The translations under genes and the position numbers were made by a program. A stretch of DNA of 64,000 nt from Clostridia bacterium (lineage in GTDB: Bacteria > Bacillota > Clostridia > Christensenellales > UBA1242), in contig JBAXZR010000001.1 in assembly GCA_041670165.1 (NCBI GenBank), forward strand, positions 52,930 through 116,929, given 5' to 3'. A model generated the notes under the pieces. That model saw only the letters and a program-made list of their open reading frames with translations, searched no databases and was not told the DNA's origin. Numbering within the stretch: the stretch's first letter is position 1; each line of letters opens with the position of its first letter. Below are positions 28,632 to 38,228 of this stretch, piece by piece.

Positions 28632-28659
28632 ATTATAACACAAACACATTATTAATCAA
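28632..28659 (-). promoter_or_regulatory. Extended -10 promoter abutting the rnhA start codon
   Basis: The - strand reads TTGATT, 16-nt spacer, TGtTATAAT, 6 nt (caaact), then ATG. No SD. Confidence 0.5.
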
Positions 28660-28796
28660 ATTAATTTGGTTATCTATTCTTAAAATTATATATAATCGAT
28701 GTCAACACTCTACTGTTTAAAAATCTATTTTTTATGTTAAGAATAAATTTATGTTAGCTATTAACAAAAAGAATTGTAGTGAAATTAAATTAGTAA

Positions 28797-28825
28797 TTGA
28801 CTAATTATTCATTCTATTATATAAT
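28797..28825 (+). promoter_or_regulatory. SigA-type promoter of tRNA-Trp
   Basis: TTGACT (28797-28802), 17-nt spacer, TATAAT (28820-28825), 12 nt before the tRNA 5' end. Confidence 0.6.
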
Positions 28826-28837
28826 CCAACTGTTCTT

Positions 28838-28912
28838 AGGGGAGTGGCTCAACGGTAGAGTAGTGGTCTCCAAAACCATTGGTTGCGAGTTCGAATCTCT
28901 CCTCCCCTGCCA
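28838..28912 (+). tRNA. trnW: tRNA-Trp (anticodon CCA), CCA 3' end encoded
   Basis: Acceptor stem AGGGGAG/CTCCCCT, D-loop GCTCAACGGTAGAG, anticodon loop CU-CCA-AA, T-loop GTTCGAATC (the T-stem has one C:U mismatch), discriminator G plus CCA. Confidence 0.9.
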
Positions 28913-28919
28913 CATTTAT

Positions 28920-28957
28920 GCCGTAAGATTTGTTTATAGCAAATTTTACGGCTTTTT
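28920..28957 (+). terminator. Rho-independent terminator after tRNA-Trp
   Basis: GCCGTAA (28920-28926) pairs with TTACGGC (28946-28952), followed by TTTTT. Confidence 0.75.
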
Positions 28958-29061
28958 CTTATTTTATGACTTAAAGATAATAATATTTTTATAAATAAAA
29001 AATTTAATTTATATAAAATTTTATGCTATAATGCTAATATATTTTTTTTAGGGAGTAAAAA

Positions 29062-29679
29062 ATGGATATTAACGAACTAATTGAAAGTAAAAAAAATGTT
29101 AAAGAGTCTGCTGAAAACTTAAATAAAGATGAAATTGGATTCCTTGTAAACTTGTTACAAGAAAAAGATAACGAAATTCGTTATTCAGCTTTTTTACTTT
29201 TGCAAGAAAGAAGTAAATACAGCCCTGATGTCTACCCTTTTTGGCAAATTTTAGCAAGTAAAATTTGTGATGAAAATTCGTATCAACGAAGCATAGGTAT
29301 CATGTTAATTTCTGAAAATGTCAGATGGGATACAAAAAATAAATTTGTAGAAATATTTGATGAATACATATCTCATTGTAATGATGAAAAGTTTATAACT
29401 TCAAGACAAACAATTCAAAGTATCAATAGTTGGGTAAAGTACTCTCCAAATCTTCTTGAAAAAACTGTAAACTTTTTAGTTTCAATTGATATAAATGCTT
29501 TAAAAGAAACTCAAAAAAAATTAATACTTATTGATATTGTTAATGCACTAATCTCAATTCGATTAGTTAAGAATATTGGCGAAATTGATGAATATATAAA
29601 CAATGCATTAACAGGTGGAATCCTTGATAAAACTGCAATTAAAAATTTTGAAAAATTACTACATAAGAAAGAAGAATAA
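29062..29679 (+). CDS. Hypothetical protein, probably an all-alpha (HEAT/armadillo-like) repeat protein
   Basis: AGGGAG SD and an extended -10 (TGcTATAAT) upstream. The helical-repeat character is judged by eye only. Confidence 0.55.
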   Translation: MDINELIESKKNVKESAENLNKDEIGFLVNLLQEKDNEIRYSAFLLLQERSKYSPDVYPFWQILASKICDENSYQRSIGIMLISENVRWDTKNKFVEIFDEYISHCNDEKFITSRQTIQSINSWVKYSPNLLEKTVNFLVSIDINALKETQKKLILIDIVNALISIRLVKNIGEIDEYINNALTGGILDKTAIKNFEKLLHKKEE

Positions 29680-29910
29680 AATGGTTAGAGAAAATATAAA
29701 AATCCAAGTTTGTGAAGGATATAACAATCTTGTTACCGCTCTTTTTGAAAAAAATACCCGATGAAAGCCTATAGGGAAATATAATATTTAAAGATGTTTC
29801 TAAAGAAGGACTTTATTATGGAAATATGCATTTTTCTCGTAGAAAAATTTTAGAATCAATTAGTAACAAACAATTCTTTTAAATTTTGTTTTAATTCAAA
29901 AATCACAATT

Positions 29911-29942
29911 AAAAAAGCTTTCACATTTATGAAAGCTTTTTT
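29911..29942. terminator. Bidirectional terminator downstream of rny
   Basis: AGCTTTCA (29916-29923) pairs with TGAAAGCT (29930-29937), flanked by A6 and T6. Confidence 0.7.
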
Positions 29943-29943
29943 G

Positions 29944-31536
29944 TTATTTTGCATATTCAACAGATCTAGATTCTCGAATGACATTAACTTTAATTTGTCC
30001 TGGGTAATCCATGCTGTCTTCAATTTTCTTTGCAATCTCTTTTGCAATGAACAAAGCCCCATCATCGCTTACTTCTTCAGGTTTAACAATGATTCTGACT
30101 TCTCTTCCTGCCTGAATTGCAAAAGACTTTTCAACACCATCAAACCCATTGGCAATTTCTTCCAATTTTTGAAGACGCTTTATGTAATTTTCAAGGCTTT
30201 CTCTTCTTGCACCAGGGCGTGAGCTTGAAATTGCATCGGCAACTTGAACAATAATTGCTTCAAGGCTTCCGTATTCAACATTGCCATGGTGAGCTTCGAT
30301 ACAATGTACAACCGCTGGAATTTCTTTAAATTTTTTAGCCAAATCCACACCAATAGTAACATGTGTGCCTTCATATTCTTGATCAACTGCCTTTCCTATG
30401 TCGTGAAGTAAACCACCTCGTTTAGCGATTTTTACATCAGCACCAAGTTCTCCAGCAATTAGTCCTGCAATATAACTTGTTTCCAAACTATGTTTAAGAA
30501 CATTTTGACCATAGCTTGAGCGATATTTTAATCTTCCAAGAATTTTTATAAGCTCTGGGTGAATTCCAAAAATTCCTGCTTCTTCTGCGGCTTTTTCACC
30601 AGCTTCTTTAATTGTTATATCCATATCTTTTTGGACTTTTGCAATTATTTCTTCAATTCTTGTTGGATGAATTCTTCCGTCCAAAATAAGTTTTTCAAGA
30701 GAAATTTTTGCAATTTCTCTTCTTACAGGGTCAAAACCAGAAATTGTGATTGCATCAGGTGTGTCATCAATTATCAAATCAACACCTGTTGCAGCTTCAA
30801 TTGCACGAATATTTCTACCCTCTCTGCCAATGATTCTGCCTTTCATTTCTTCGCTTGGTATTGCTACTGATGAAACTGTAATTTCACTGCAATGGTCTGT
30901 TGCGCATTTTTGAATTGCAAGACAAACAATTTCTTTTGCCTTTTTGTCGCCTTCTTCTCGTGCTTCATCTTCAATATCACGAACAATCTTTGCGGCATCT
31001 TTTTTGGCATCTTCTGTTAATCTCTTAACAAGTTCAGCTTTTGCCTCTTCTTTTTTCATTCCAGATGCTTTTTCAAGCTCTTCTGTAATTTTGTTTTTGA
31101 TTTCTTTTTGTTCATTAATAATTTCAGCAAGTTCATTTTCTTTGTTTTCAATTTTTTGTTTTGACAATTCAATTTGCTCTTGCTTTTTGTCGATTAATTC
31201 TTCTTTTTTTGAAATATTTTCTTCTTTTTGAATTATACGATCTTCGGCTCTTTGAAGCTCAGATTTTCTTTCTTTAACTTCCTTATCAATTTCTTGTTTA
31301 ATTTGTAAGGCTTCGTCTTTCGCTTCTGCAATTGCTTCCTTCTTAACAGTTTTAGCATCTGAATATGCTTGTTCCAATATTTTAACGGCATTAGTTCTTG
31401 CTTTTCCAAGCTTTGATGAATTCAGGTATTTGCTCAAAGCAATTCCTGCACCAACACCAATAGCAATGGATACAACAATCAGAATAACTAAAATAGAAGT
31501 TGGAACAACTGAAAGTGTACTAACACTATTCACCAT
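29944..31536 (-). CDS. rny: Ribonuclease Y
   Basis: N-terminal TM helix, K/E-rich coiled coil, KH domain ([12 protein letters not shown]), HD domain (LLHDIGKA). Confidence 0.95.
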   Translation of the reverse strand: MVNSVSTLSVVPTSILVILIVVSIAIGVGAGIALSKYLNSSKLGKARTNAVKILEQAYSDAKTVKKEAIAEAKDEALQIKQEIDKEVKERKSELQRAEDRIIQKEENISKKEELIDKKQEQIELSKQKIENKENELAEIINEQKEIKNKITEELEKASGMKKEEAKAELVKRLTEDAKKDAAKIVRDIEDEAREEGDKKAKEIVCLAIQKCATDHCSEITVSSVAIPSEEMKGRIIGREGRNIRAIEAATGVDLIIDDTPDAITISGFDPVRREIAKISLEKLILDGRIHPTRIEEIIAKVQKDMDITIKEAGEKAAEEAGIFGIHPELIKILGRLKYRSSYGQNVLKHSLETSYIAGLIAGELGADVKIAKRGGLLHDIGKAVDQEYEGTHVTIGVDLAKKFKEIPAVVHCIEAHHGNVEYGSLEAIIVQVADAISSSRPGARRESLENYIKRLQKLEEIANGFDGVEKSFAIQAGREVRIIVKPEEVSDDGALFIAKEIAKKIEDSMDYPGQIKVNVIRESRSVEYAK

Positions 31537-31949
31537 GTTCTCTCCTCAATATTTATTTGTTAATTCACAAGAATAAAATTTACATAAACCATAACAACAT
31601 AAGTTGGTATGCAACTTTATATAATCTTGTTAGCATTTGCAAACAATGCTTAAACATTTTTAAATATAATATTTGATTTATGAAATTTTTTAAAAGGCGT
31701 CAAAATTAGCTAAATTGCTAATAAAAACACTGCTTTAATTGTAAACTACAATCTTATAATAATCGAATTTTAAAAATAAGTCAACAAAAATAGAAAATTC
31801 ATATTTATTGTAAAAATTACAATATAATTCCACTTTAAATAGTTTTGAAAAAAATGTATTTTTTTCGATGTAACATTATGGTGAAATAATTTGTAATTTA
31901 CACAATTCGTTAACATTTAATTTTAACAAAAAAAAAGAAAATTCTCTTT

Positions 31950-33104
31950 TTAAATGTTTAAAATTTCAATTGTGTCAACAGCTTCTTGAATTAATGGCTC
32001 AAAATCGAAGAAAGATTCTTGTCTTAGACAATGTTTGATTGTTGGTTTAATTATAGGTTTTTCTGGCAAAAAGACTGTGCAACAATCTTCATACGGCAAA
32101 ATTGAAATGTCATATGTGCCAATTTTTGTAGCAACCGAAATGATATCGTTTTTATCAAAACCAATAAGAGGCCTAAAAACAGGAATTGTTTCAAGAACTG
32201 AATTTGTGCAAGTTATGCTTTGCATAGTTTGGCTTGCAACTTGTCCAAGGCTCTCTCCTGTTATAATTGCACCAAGTTTGTTTTGCTGACAAATTTTTTC
32301 ACATATTCTAAGCATGATTCTTCTCATAATTGTGATTCCATATTCTTCATCACAATGCTTGTGTATTTCTTCTTGAATTTTTGTGAAACAGCAAATATAC
32401 AATTTAAAAGGTGAAACAAATTTTCTTAACTCTTTCGCAAGTGAAACAACTTTTTCTCTTGCCTGCAAACTTGTGTGTGGAAAACTATGAAAATGGATTG
32501 CATCAAATGCAAGACCACGCTTTGCCATCATGTAAGAAGCAACAGGGCTATCTATACCACCTGAAAGCATTGAAAGAGCCTTACCAGCGCTTCCAAAAGG
32601 CATTCCACCAACGCATGGTATTCTGCTTGTGGAAATATATGTTTTGCCATTGTCACGAATGTCAACATAAACCTCAACTTCAGGATTGTGAAGATCAACT
32701 TTTATGTCCTTGTTGCTTTCACAAACAGTTGTTCCAACAATTTTGGCAAATTGGTCGCTTGTTATAGGAAATTTTTTATCAGCTCTTTTAACAGTTGCTC
32801 TAAATGATTTTTCTTTTAATTTAATTTCATTGCAAAACTTCAAAATATTTTCTTCTGAAGTATCAATTTCAGCACAATCACTAAGAGAAACAAGCCCAAA
32901 TACTCTCGAGAGAATAAGAATAATTGCTTGTTTTTCATTGCTATCGAAATCTGAAATGATATATCTTCCAGAAATTTTTTTAAGTTTAAAAACATAGCCA
33001 AAAAGCATTGCTTTTATATTGCTTATTAAAATTCTTTCAAACATTCCTCTGTTGTGTCCTTTAAGATGCAATTCGCCGTATCTTAATATTATAATATTTT
33101 TCAC
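31950..33104 (-). CDS. thiI: tRNA 4-thiouridine synthase ThiI
   Basis: THUMP-type N-terminus (YGELHLKGHNR) and PP-loop SGGIDSPVA. Confidence 0.92.
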   Translation of the reverse strand: MKNIIILRYGELHLKGHNRGMFERILISNIKAMLFGYVFKLKKISGRYIISDFDSNEKQAIILILSRVFGLVSLSDCAEIDTSEENILKFCNEIKLKEKSFRATVKRADKKFPITSDQFAKIVGTTVCESNKDIKVDLHNPEVEVYVDIRDNGKTYISTSRIPCVGGMPFGSAGKALSMLSGGIDSPVASYMMAKRGLAFDAIHFHSFPHTSLQAREKVVSLAKELRKFVSPFKLYICCFTKIQEEIHKHCDEEYGITIMRRIMLRICEKICQQNKLGAIITGESLGQVASQTMQSITCTNSVLETIPVFRPLIGFDKNDIISVATKIGTYDISILPYEDCCTVFLPEKPIIKPTIKHCLRQESFFDFEPLIQEAVDTIEILNI

Positions 33105-33105
33105 C

Positions 33106-34239
33106 TTATTCTCCGTATTGTTTTAATTTTGTAACCGCTTCACAAAGAGCATTTGCGGCTTCAATAACTTCTTCTTTTGTGTTGTTTCTAGAAAAGCTTA
33201 CTCTTATGCTTGAAAGCACTTTTTGCTTGTTAAAACCCATTGCTTCCAAAATTCTGTTTCCATTTTTTTTGGAAGAACATGCACTGCCTGTTCCAATAAT
33301 AATTTGCTCACTATCTAGTTGCCTTTGCAAAGTTTCACCAGTTACATTAGGAATTGAAAGTGAACAAATATATGGAGAGCCATTTGGAACATTTTCATCA
33401 ATTCCAAGTTTTTCTTTAATTATTTTTAAAAACTCTGTTTTAAGAGAAGAAACATATTCATAAAATTTTTGAATTTCACTTTTTGTTTTAACAACTTCAC
33501 ATAGTCCAGCAATTGCAGAAGCATTTTCTGTACCTGCTCTTAAGTTGTTTTCTTGCGCTCCCCCAAAAATAAACTTGTTCAATTTTTCGGGATTTTTTGC
33601 ATACAAGATTCCAAGTCCTTTTGGTCCATGGATTTTATGGGAAGAAAATGTCATTAAATCACAACCTAAACTTTGCACATCAAAAACAATTTTTCCAAAA
33701 GCTTGAACAGCATCAACATGCCATATGGCTTTTGGACAATTTTCATTTTTAATTTCTGCAATTTTTTTTAGGTCAGAAATTGCTCCAGTTTCATTATTTA
33801 CAATAATTGTTGAAATAAAGATTGTTTCATTTGAAACAAGTGATTTCAAATTTTCATAATCAATTTCACCGTTTGTTTGAAGTTTGCAAAATTTAACAGA
33901 CGCTCCATTCTTTTCAAGTTCTTTAGCTGTGTTATAAACAGATGGGTGCTCACCTATTGAAAATATATAATCACCTTTTCTTCGACAACTGCTAAAAATT
34001 GCATGGTTGTTACTTTCAGTTGCTCCGGAAGTAAAAATAATGCATTTTTTATTATTTGCATTTATCAAAGTTGCAATTTTTAGCCTTGTTTCTTCAATTT
34101 TGTTTTTAACAACAATGCTTTTTGCACCAGTTGCACTTGGATTAAAAAAATGTTCACGAGAAAAAGTTGAAATAGCTTCAATAGCTTTTTCATCAACTTT
34201 TGTTGTTGCTGCATTATCAAGATAAATAAATTTGTTCAT
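33106..34239 (-). CDS. Cysteine desulfurase (NifS/IscS/NifZ-like class V aminotransferase)
   Basis: PLP-lysine motif SSHKIHGPKG, active-site GSACSS. Ends 1 nt before thiI, like the nifZ-thiI pairing in B. subtilis. Confidence 0.9.
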   Translation of the reverse strand: MNKFIYLDNAATTKVDEKAIEAISTFSREHFFNPSATGAKSIVVKNKIEETRLKIATLINANNKKCIIFTSGATESNNHAIFSSCRRKGDYIFSIGEHPSVYNTAKELEKNGASVKFCKLQTNGEIDYENLKSLVSNETIFISTIIVNNETGAISDLKKIAEIKNENCPKAIWHVDAVQAFGKIVFDVQSLGCDLMTFSSHKIHGPKGLGILYAKNPEKLNKFIFGGAQENNLRAGTENASAIAGLCEVVKTKSEIQKFYEYVSSLKTEFLKIIKEKLGIDENVPNGSPYICSLSIPNVTGETLQRQLDSEQIIIGTGSACSSKKNGNRILEAMGFNKQKVLSSIRVSFSRNNTKEEVIEAANALCEAVTKLKQYGE

Positions 34240-34262
34240 GGTTCTATTTTCTCCTATAGAGA

Positions 34263-36668
34263 TTAACTTCTAAGAATTGCACCAAATTTATATTGTGCAT
34301 CTTTTAAGATTTTTCTCATTGGATCATTAATTTCTTCATCAGTGAGAGTTTTTATCATGCTGGAAAATCTAATTTTAAATGCTAAACTTTTTTTCTCTTT
34401 TCCAAGGTTTTCACTTCTATATATATCAAACAATTCGCAAGAAGCAAAATTTTGTCCTGCAGATTTTTTGATTGAATCAAGAAGTGTTTGAACTGTTATT
34501 TTTTCATCAACAACAAATGCCAAATCTCTTTCAATTGTAGGAAAACGGGAAATGTTTTTAACAACATAAGTTCTTGGTGCAAGTTTGTTTAGTAAGTCCA
34601 AATTAAACTGGGCATAATAAGTTGAAGAATCAATATCAAAGTTTTTTGCAACTGTTGGGTGAACTTTGCCCCAGAATGCAAGTTTTTCTCCTGTTTTAAC
34701 ATCTAAATATTCAGCTGAAATTCCTGTATGCAAGAAAACTTCCGTTCCTCTTTGAAGGCTAATTTCAACATCAAACATTCTTAAAACTTTTTCAATTATT
34801 GATTTGAAAGTGTAAAAATCTTCATCAGTATTTGAAGAAGTGAAAGAAAGGAAGTTCGATTCAACTGGAAGCTCTTTTAATGGCAAAGATGAAGGAATGT
34901 AAGTCCTTCCGCATTCAAACAATTTGAGTGAAAAATTGCCTCTGCTTTGATTTAAACGAACGCAAGAAAGTGCACTGCCAACAAGAGTTGTTCTTATTGA
35001 ACCTATATCATCAGAAATTGGATTTAAAATTTCAATAACTTTGTTTTCAGGGGCATCTTTTCCAAATAGTAACATTTCTGGAATTTTTTTGTCACAAATT
35101 GAATAGTTTATTGTTTCAAAAAATCCATAATCAACAAGCAAATTCTTGATTTTGTTTTGAAGAGCAATCATTGAATCTTGCTTGCCCTTGGTTGGAGTTG
35201 CATTTTGAAGAAGTGTAGGTTCAATTGAATCATAAACGCTATAACCAAACAATCTTATAAATTCTTCAGCAATGTCAGCACTGTTTTCAATGTCAGATCT
35301 AAATGAAGGAACTTCACAAAGTACCTTATCTCCATCAACTTTTGTTTCAATTCCAAGACTATTCATAATTTGTTCAAGTTTTTTTGCTTCAACTTTTATT
35401 CCAAGAGTTTTTTCAATTGATAAAATGCTACCAACAACTTTTTTGTTGCCAACAAAGCCGTTAACCTTGTCAATAACTGGGCTTGCGATTTCTCCAGCAC
35501 CAAAATGAGTGAGTAGATTTAATGCTCTATTCATTCCAATTTCAGCTGAGCCAATATCAACGCCCTTTTCAAATCTAACAGATGAGTCTGTTCTTACTCC
35601 AATTTTTCTTGAAGTTAAACGAATGCTTCTTCTTTCAAAAACAGCAGACTCAAAAACAATTGTTTTTGTGGATTCTGAAATTCCACTATCAACTCCGCCA
35701 ATAATACCCGCAACAACCATTGCTTCTTTTTCGTTAGCAATCACCAACATTTCGTCTGTTAAAACATGTTCTTTTTTATCAAGTGTTAACAATTTTTCGT
35801 TGTTTTTTGCATTTCTAATAATGATTTGATTTCCAATAATTTTTTCATAATCAAAAGCATGCATTGGTTGACCGCATTCAATAAGTACATAATTTGTTAT
35901 ATCAACAATGTTATTTACGGGATTTATGCCAGAAGCAAGCAACCTTGCCTTAACCCAAAGTGGAGACTCATTAATTTTGATATTATCTGCAACAACTGCT
36001 ATATATCTTGAACAGAGTTCTTTGTTTTCAATGTTAACTGAAAGAGGTTTTTCGCTTTTTGTTGAAAGAGTGAAAGAATCATTAAAAGGTTTCATTGGCA
36101 AATCAAATAATGCTGAAACTTCTCTTGCAATTCCAAGTATACTCATGCAGTCAGGACGGTTTGCAGTAACATTAATGTCAAAAATTATGTCATCAAGTCC
36201 AAGGGCTTGAGCAACAGAAGTTCCAAGTTTAAACTCATCTTTGAAAATTAAAATTCCATGAGTAGAAGCTCCTTCATAAAAAGCATCAGTAATTCCTAGT
36301 TCTTCACCAGAACAAAACATTCCATCAGAACTAACTCCTCTAAGCACACTTGGTTTAATTTTTATTCCATTGGCAAGTGAAGCTCCATCAAGTGAAACAG
36401 GAACTAAAGCTCCTTCAAAAACATTTGTTGCACTTGTGATTATCTGAACGAAAGACGAACCAAGATTAACTTTGCAAACAACAAGTGAATCAGCATTTGG
36501 GTGCTTTTCAATTTTTTCAATTTGTCCAACAAAAACCTGACCAAGAAATTCATCTTGGTGCAAAATCTCTTCAACTTCAAAACCGGCACTTGTTAGTTTT
36601 GATGCAATAACATTTTCATTTTCTTTTATATCAACAAAATCTTTTAACCATTTCAAAGATATTTTCAT
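34263..36668 (-). CDS. pheT: Phenylalanyl-tRNA synthetase beta subunit
   Basis: N-terminal tRNA-binding OB domain (MKISLKWLKDFVD), B3/4 and B5 regions, C-terminal FDX-ACB-like domain. Follows pheS. Confidence 0.95.
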   Translation of the reverse strand: MKISLKWLKDFVDIKENENVIASKLTSAGFEVEEILHQDEFLGQVFVGQIEKIEKHPNADSLVVCKVNLGSSFVQIITSATNVFEGALVPVSLDGASLANGIKIKPSVLRGVSSDGMFCSGEELGITDAFYEGASTHGILIFKDEFKLGTSVAQALGLDDIIFDINVTANRPDCMSILGIAREVSALFDLPMKPFNDSFTLSTKSEKPLSVNIENKELCSRYIAVVADNIKINESPLWVKARLLASGINPVNNIVDITNYVLIECGQPMHAFDYEKIIGNQIIIRNAKNNEKLLTLDKKEHVLTDEMLVIANEKEAMVVAGIIGGVDSGISESTKTIVFESAVFERRSIRLTSRKIGVRTDSSVRFEKGVDIGSAEIGMNRALNLLTHFGAGEIASPVIDKVNGFVGNKKVVGSILSIEKTLGIKVEAKKLEQIMNSLGIETKVDGDKVLCEVPSFRSDIENSADIAEEFIRLFGYSVYDSIEPTLLQNATPTKGKQDSMIALQNKIKNLLVDYGFFETINYSICDKKIPEMLLFGKDAPENKVIEILNPISDDIGSIRTTLVGSALSCVRLNQSRGNFSLKLFECGRTYIPSSLPLKELPVESNFLSFTSSNTDEDFYTFKSIIEKVLRMFDVEISLQRGTEVFLHTGISAEYLDVKTGEKLAFWGKVHPTVAKNFDIDSSTYYAQFNLDLLNKLAPRTYVVKNISRFPTIERDLAFVVDEKITVQTLLDSIKKSAGQNFASCELFDIYRSENLGKEKKSLAFKIRFSSMIKTLTDEEINDPMRKILKDAQYKFGAILRS

Positions 36669-36679
36669 TCGCTTACTCC

Positions 36680-37699
36680 TTACTTCATCTGACTCAAGAA
36701 TCTTATGTCATTTTCAAACATCATTCTTAAATCTGGAACTTTGTTTTCAACCATCGCAAGTCTGTCAACTCCTGGACCAAAAGCAAATCCAGAATATTTT
36801 GTGCTGTCAATTCCACAATTTTCAAGCACTTTTGGATTTACCATTCCTGCTCCCAAAAGTTCCATCCAACCAGTACCTTTGCAACGAGTGCAACCATTTC
36901 CACCACAGTTTGGACATGTGCAGTCAACTTCAACACTTGGCTCAGTAAATGGGAAATATGAAGGTCTAAATCTGATTTTTGTGTTTTCACCAAACAACAT
37001 TCTAAGTAAGTTCGTGAGCATGCTTTTCAAGTCAACAAGTGAAACCTTTTCATCAACAACAAGTCCTTCAAATTGATGGAACATTGGTGTGTGCGTTGGG
37101 TCATTGTCAACTCTGTATGTTTTTCCTGGTGAAACAATTTTGAATGGTGGTTTTCTTTTTTCCATTTCATGAATTTGAACACTTGAAGTTTGTGTTCTAA
37201 GCATAATATTTTGAGCAAGATAAAAAGAATCTTGCATATCTCTTGCTGGGTGGTCCTTTGGAACATTTAAAGCTTCAAAATTGTAATAATCGGTTTCAAT
37301 TTCTGGTCCAGAAACAACTTCAAATCCAAGTTCAACGCACGCCTCTATAAGTTTGTTGAAAGTGCGTGTGAGAGGGTGCAAAGCTCCAATTTCATGCTTC
37401 TTAGCGGGTTCTGTTATGTCTATACTTTCTGTCGCTAGAGCTTTTTCAAGTTCTTGTTTAGAAAGATTTGTTTCTAGTTCAGCAATCTTTTCTTCAATTG
37501 TTTGTCTTGCCTCATTCACAAGTGCTCCAACAATTGGTCTATCCTCTGCTGAAACATCTTTCATTCCACGCAAAATTGAAGTAAGCAATCCTTGTTTACC
37601 TAAATATTTTACTTTTAAATTTTGAGCTTCAACAGTGGATTTTACGCTCAAAATCTCCTGAAAAAATACTTGTAAAATTTGTTCAATTTTTTCTTTCAT
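36680..37699 (-). CDS. pheS: Phenylalanyl-tRNA synthetase alpha subunit
   Basis: Class II core motifs (HPARDMQDSFY, FRPSYFPFTEPS, GAGMVNP). AAGGAGAA SD. Confidence 0.95.
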   Translation of the reverse strand: MKEKIEQILQVFFQEILSVKSTVEAQNLKVKYLGKQGLLTSILRGMKDVSAEDRPIVGALVNEARQTIEEKIAELETNLSKQELEKALATESIDITEPAKKHEIGALHPLTRTFNKLIEACVELGFEVVSGPEIETDYYNFEALNVPKDHPARDMQDSFYLAQNIMLRTQTSSVQIHEMEKRKPPFKIVSPGKTYRVDNDPTHTPMFHQFEGLVVDEKVSLVDLKSMLTNLLRMLFGENTKIRFRPSYFPFTEPSVEVDCTCPNCGGNGCTRCKGTGWMELLGAGMVNPKVLENCGIDSTKYSGFAFGPGVDRLAMVENKVPDLRMMFENDIRFLSQMK

Positions 37700-37963
37700 G
37701 TTTTCTCCTTATAATTAAAAAAAACTTCGCCCCTAAATATTAGGGCGAAGAAGTTAAATTCGCTGTACCACCTAATTTCTTGCAAATAAATTTGCAACTC
37801 TTTAAGCCTTTTACGCAGGCAAACGCCAATTCTTACTATTAGTTCAGAAAAGGTGCTAGAAAGTGAATTCAAATTTATGATTATGCTTTGTCTTTCAGCC
37901 CATGAACAAAGCTCTCTAAAAAACCATTTTGTAAATTTTACTAGTCTTTCATCTTCGCATTTT
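37700..37963 (-). promoter_or_regulatory. T-box leader (tRNA-Phe-responsive) with terminator/antiterminator
   Basis: The - strand carries AGAGAG, a GAA-UUC-A specifier context (UUC is the complement of plus 37865-37867), the T-box sequence AATTAGGTGGTACAGCGAA (plus 37759-37777), and the terminator CTTCGCCCTAA/TTAGGGGCGAAG followed by a T8 run (plus 37717-37750). Confidence 0.85.
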
Positions 37964-37969
37964 CAATGA

Positions 37970-37998
37970 ATAATATCACCTTTTATAAAAACGGTCAA
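37970..37998 (-). promoter_or_regulatory. SigA-type promoter of the pheS T-box leader
   Basis: The - strand reads TTGACC, 17-nt spacer, TATTAT, immediately downstream of the xseB stop. Confidence 0.55.
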
Positions 37999-38012
37999 CT
38001 ATTAAATTGAAT

Positions 38013-38228
38013 TTATTTGTCAGAAAAATTGTCTTCAACAATTTTGTCGAGTTCGTTTTTAATTACAGTAATTTTACCTTTTGCATTTTCAAGCATACTT
38101 GAACAAGTTTTAACAAGTTCCAATCCTTTTTCAAATAATGCCGTACCTTCTTCAAGCCCCACATCACCTTTTTCGAGTCTTGAAACAATTTTTTCAAGTT
38201 CTTTTGATGCTTCTTCAAAACTAATCAT
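38013..38228 (-). CDS. xseB: Exodeoxyribonuclease VII small subunit
   Basis: 71 aa with SFEEASKELEKIVSRLEKGDVGLEE; 4-nt overlap with xseA. Confidence 0.9.
   Translation of the reverse strand: MISFEEASKELEKIVSRLEKGDVGLEEGTALFEKGLELVKTCSSMLENAKGKITVIKNELDKIVEDNFSDK

Noticed and set aside
28797-28994. 65-aa + strand ORF overlapping tRNA-Trp.
   Set aside because: It is fully explained by the tRNA promoter, the tRNA itself and its terminator. It has no SD.
30559-31231. ORFs of 95-103 aa on the + strand (30559-30870, 30944-31231) antisense to rny, rich in S, F, C and I.
   Set aside because: They mirror the K/E-rich coiled-coil codons of rny (AAA/GAA read as TTT/TTC). They have low-complexity composition, no SD, and are fully nested in a confident gene.
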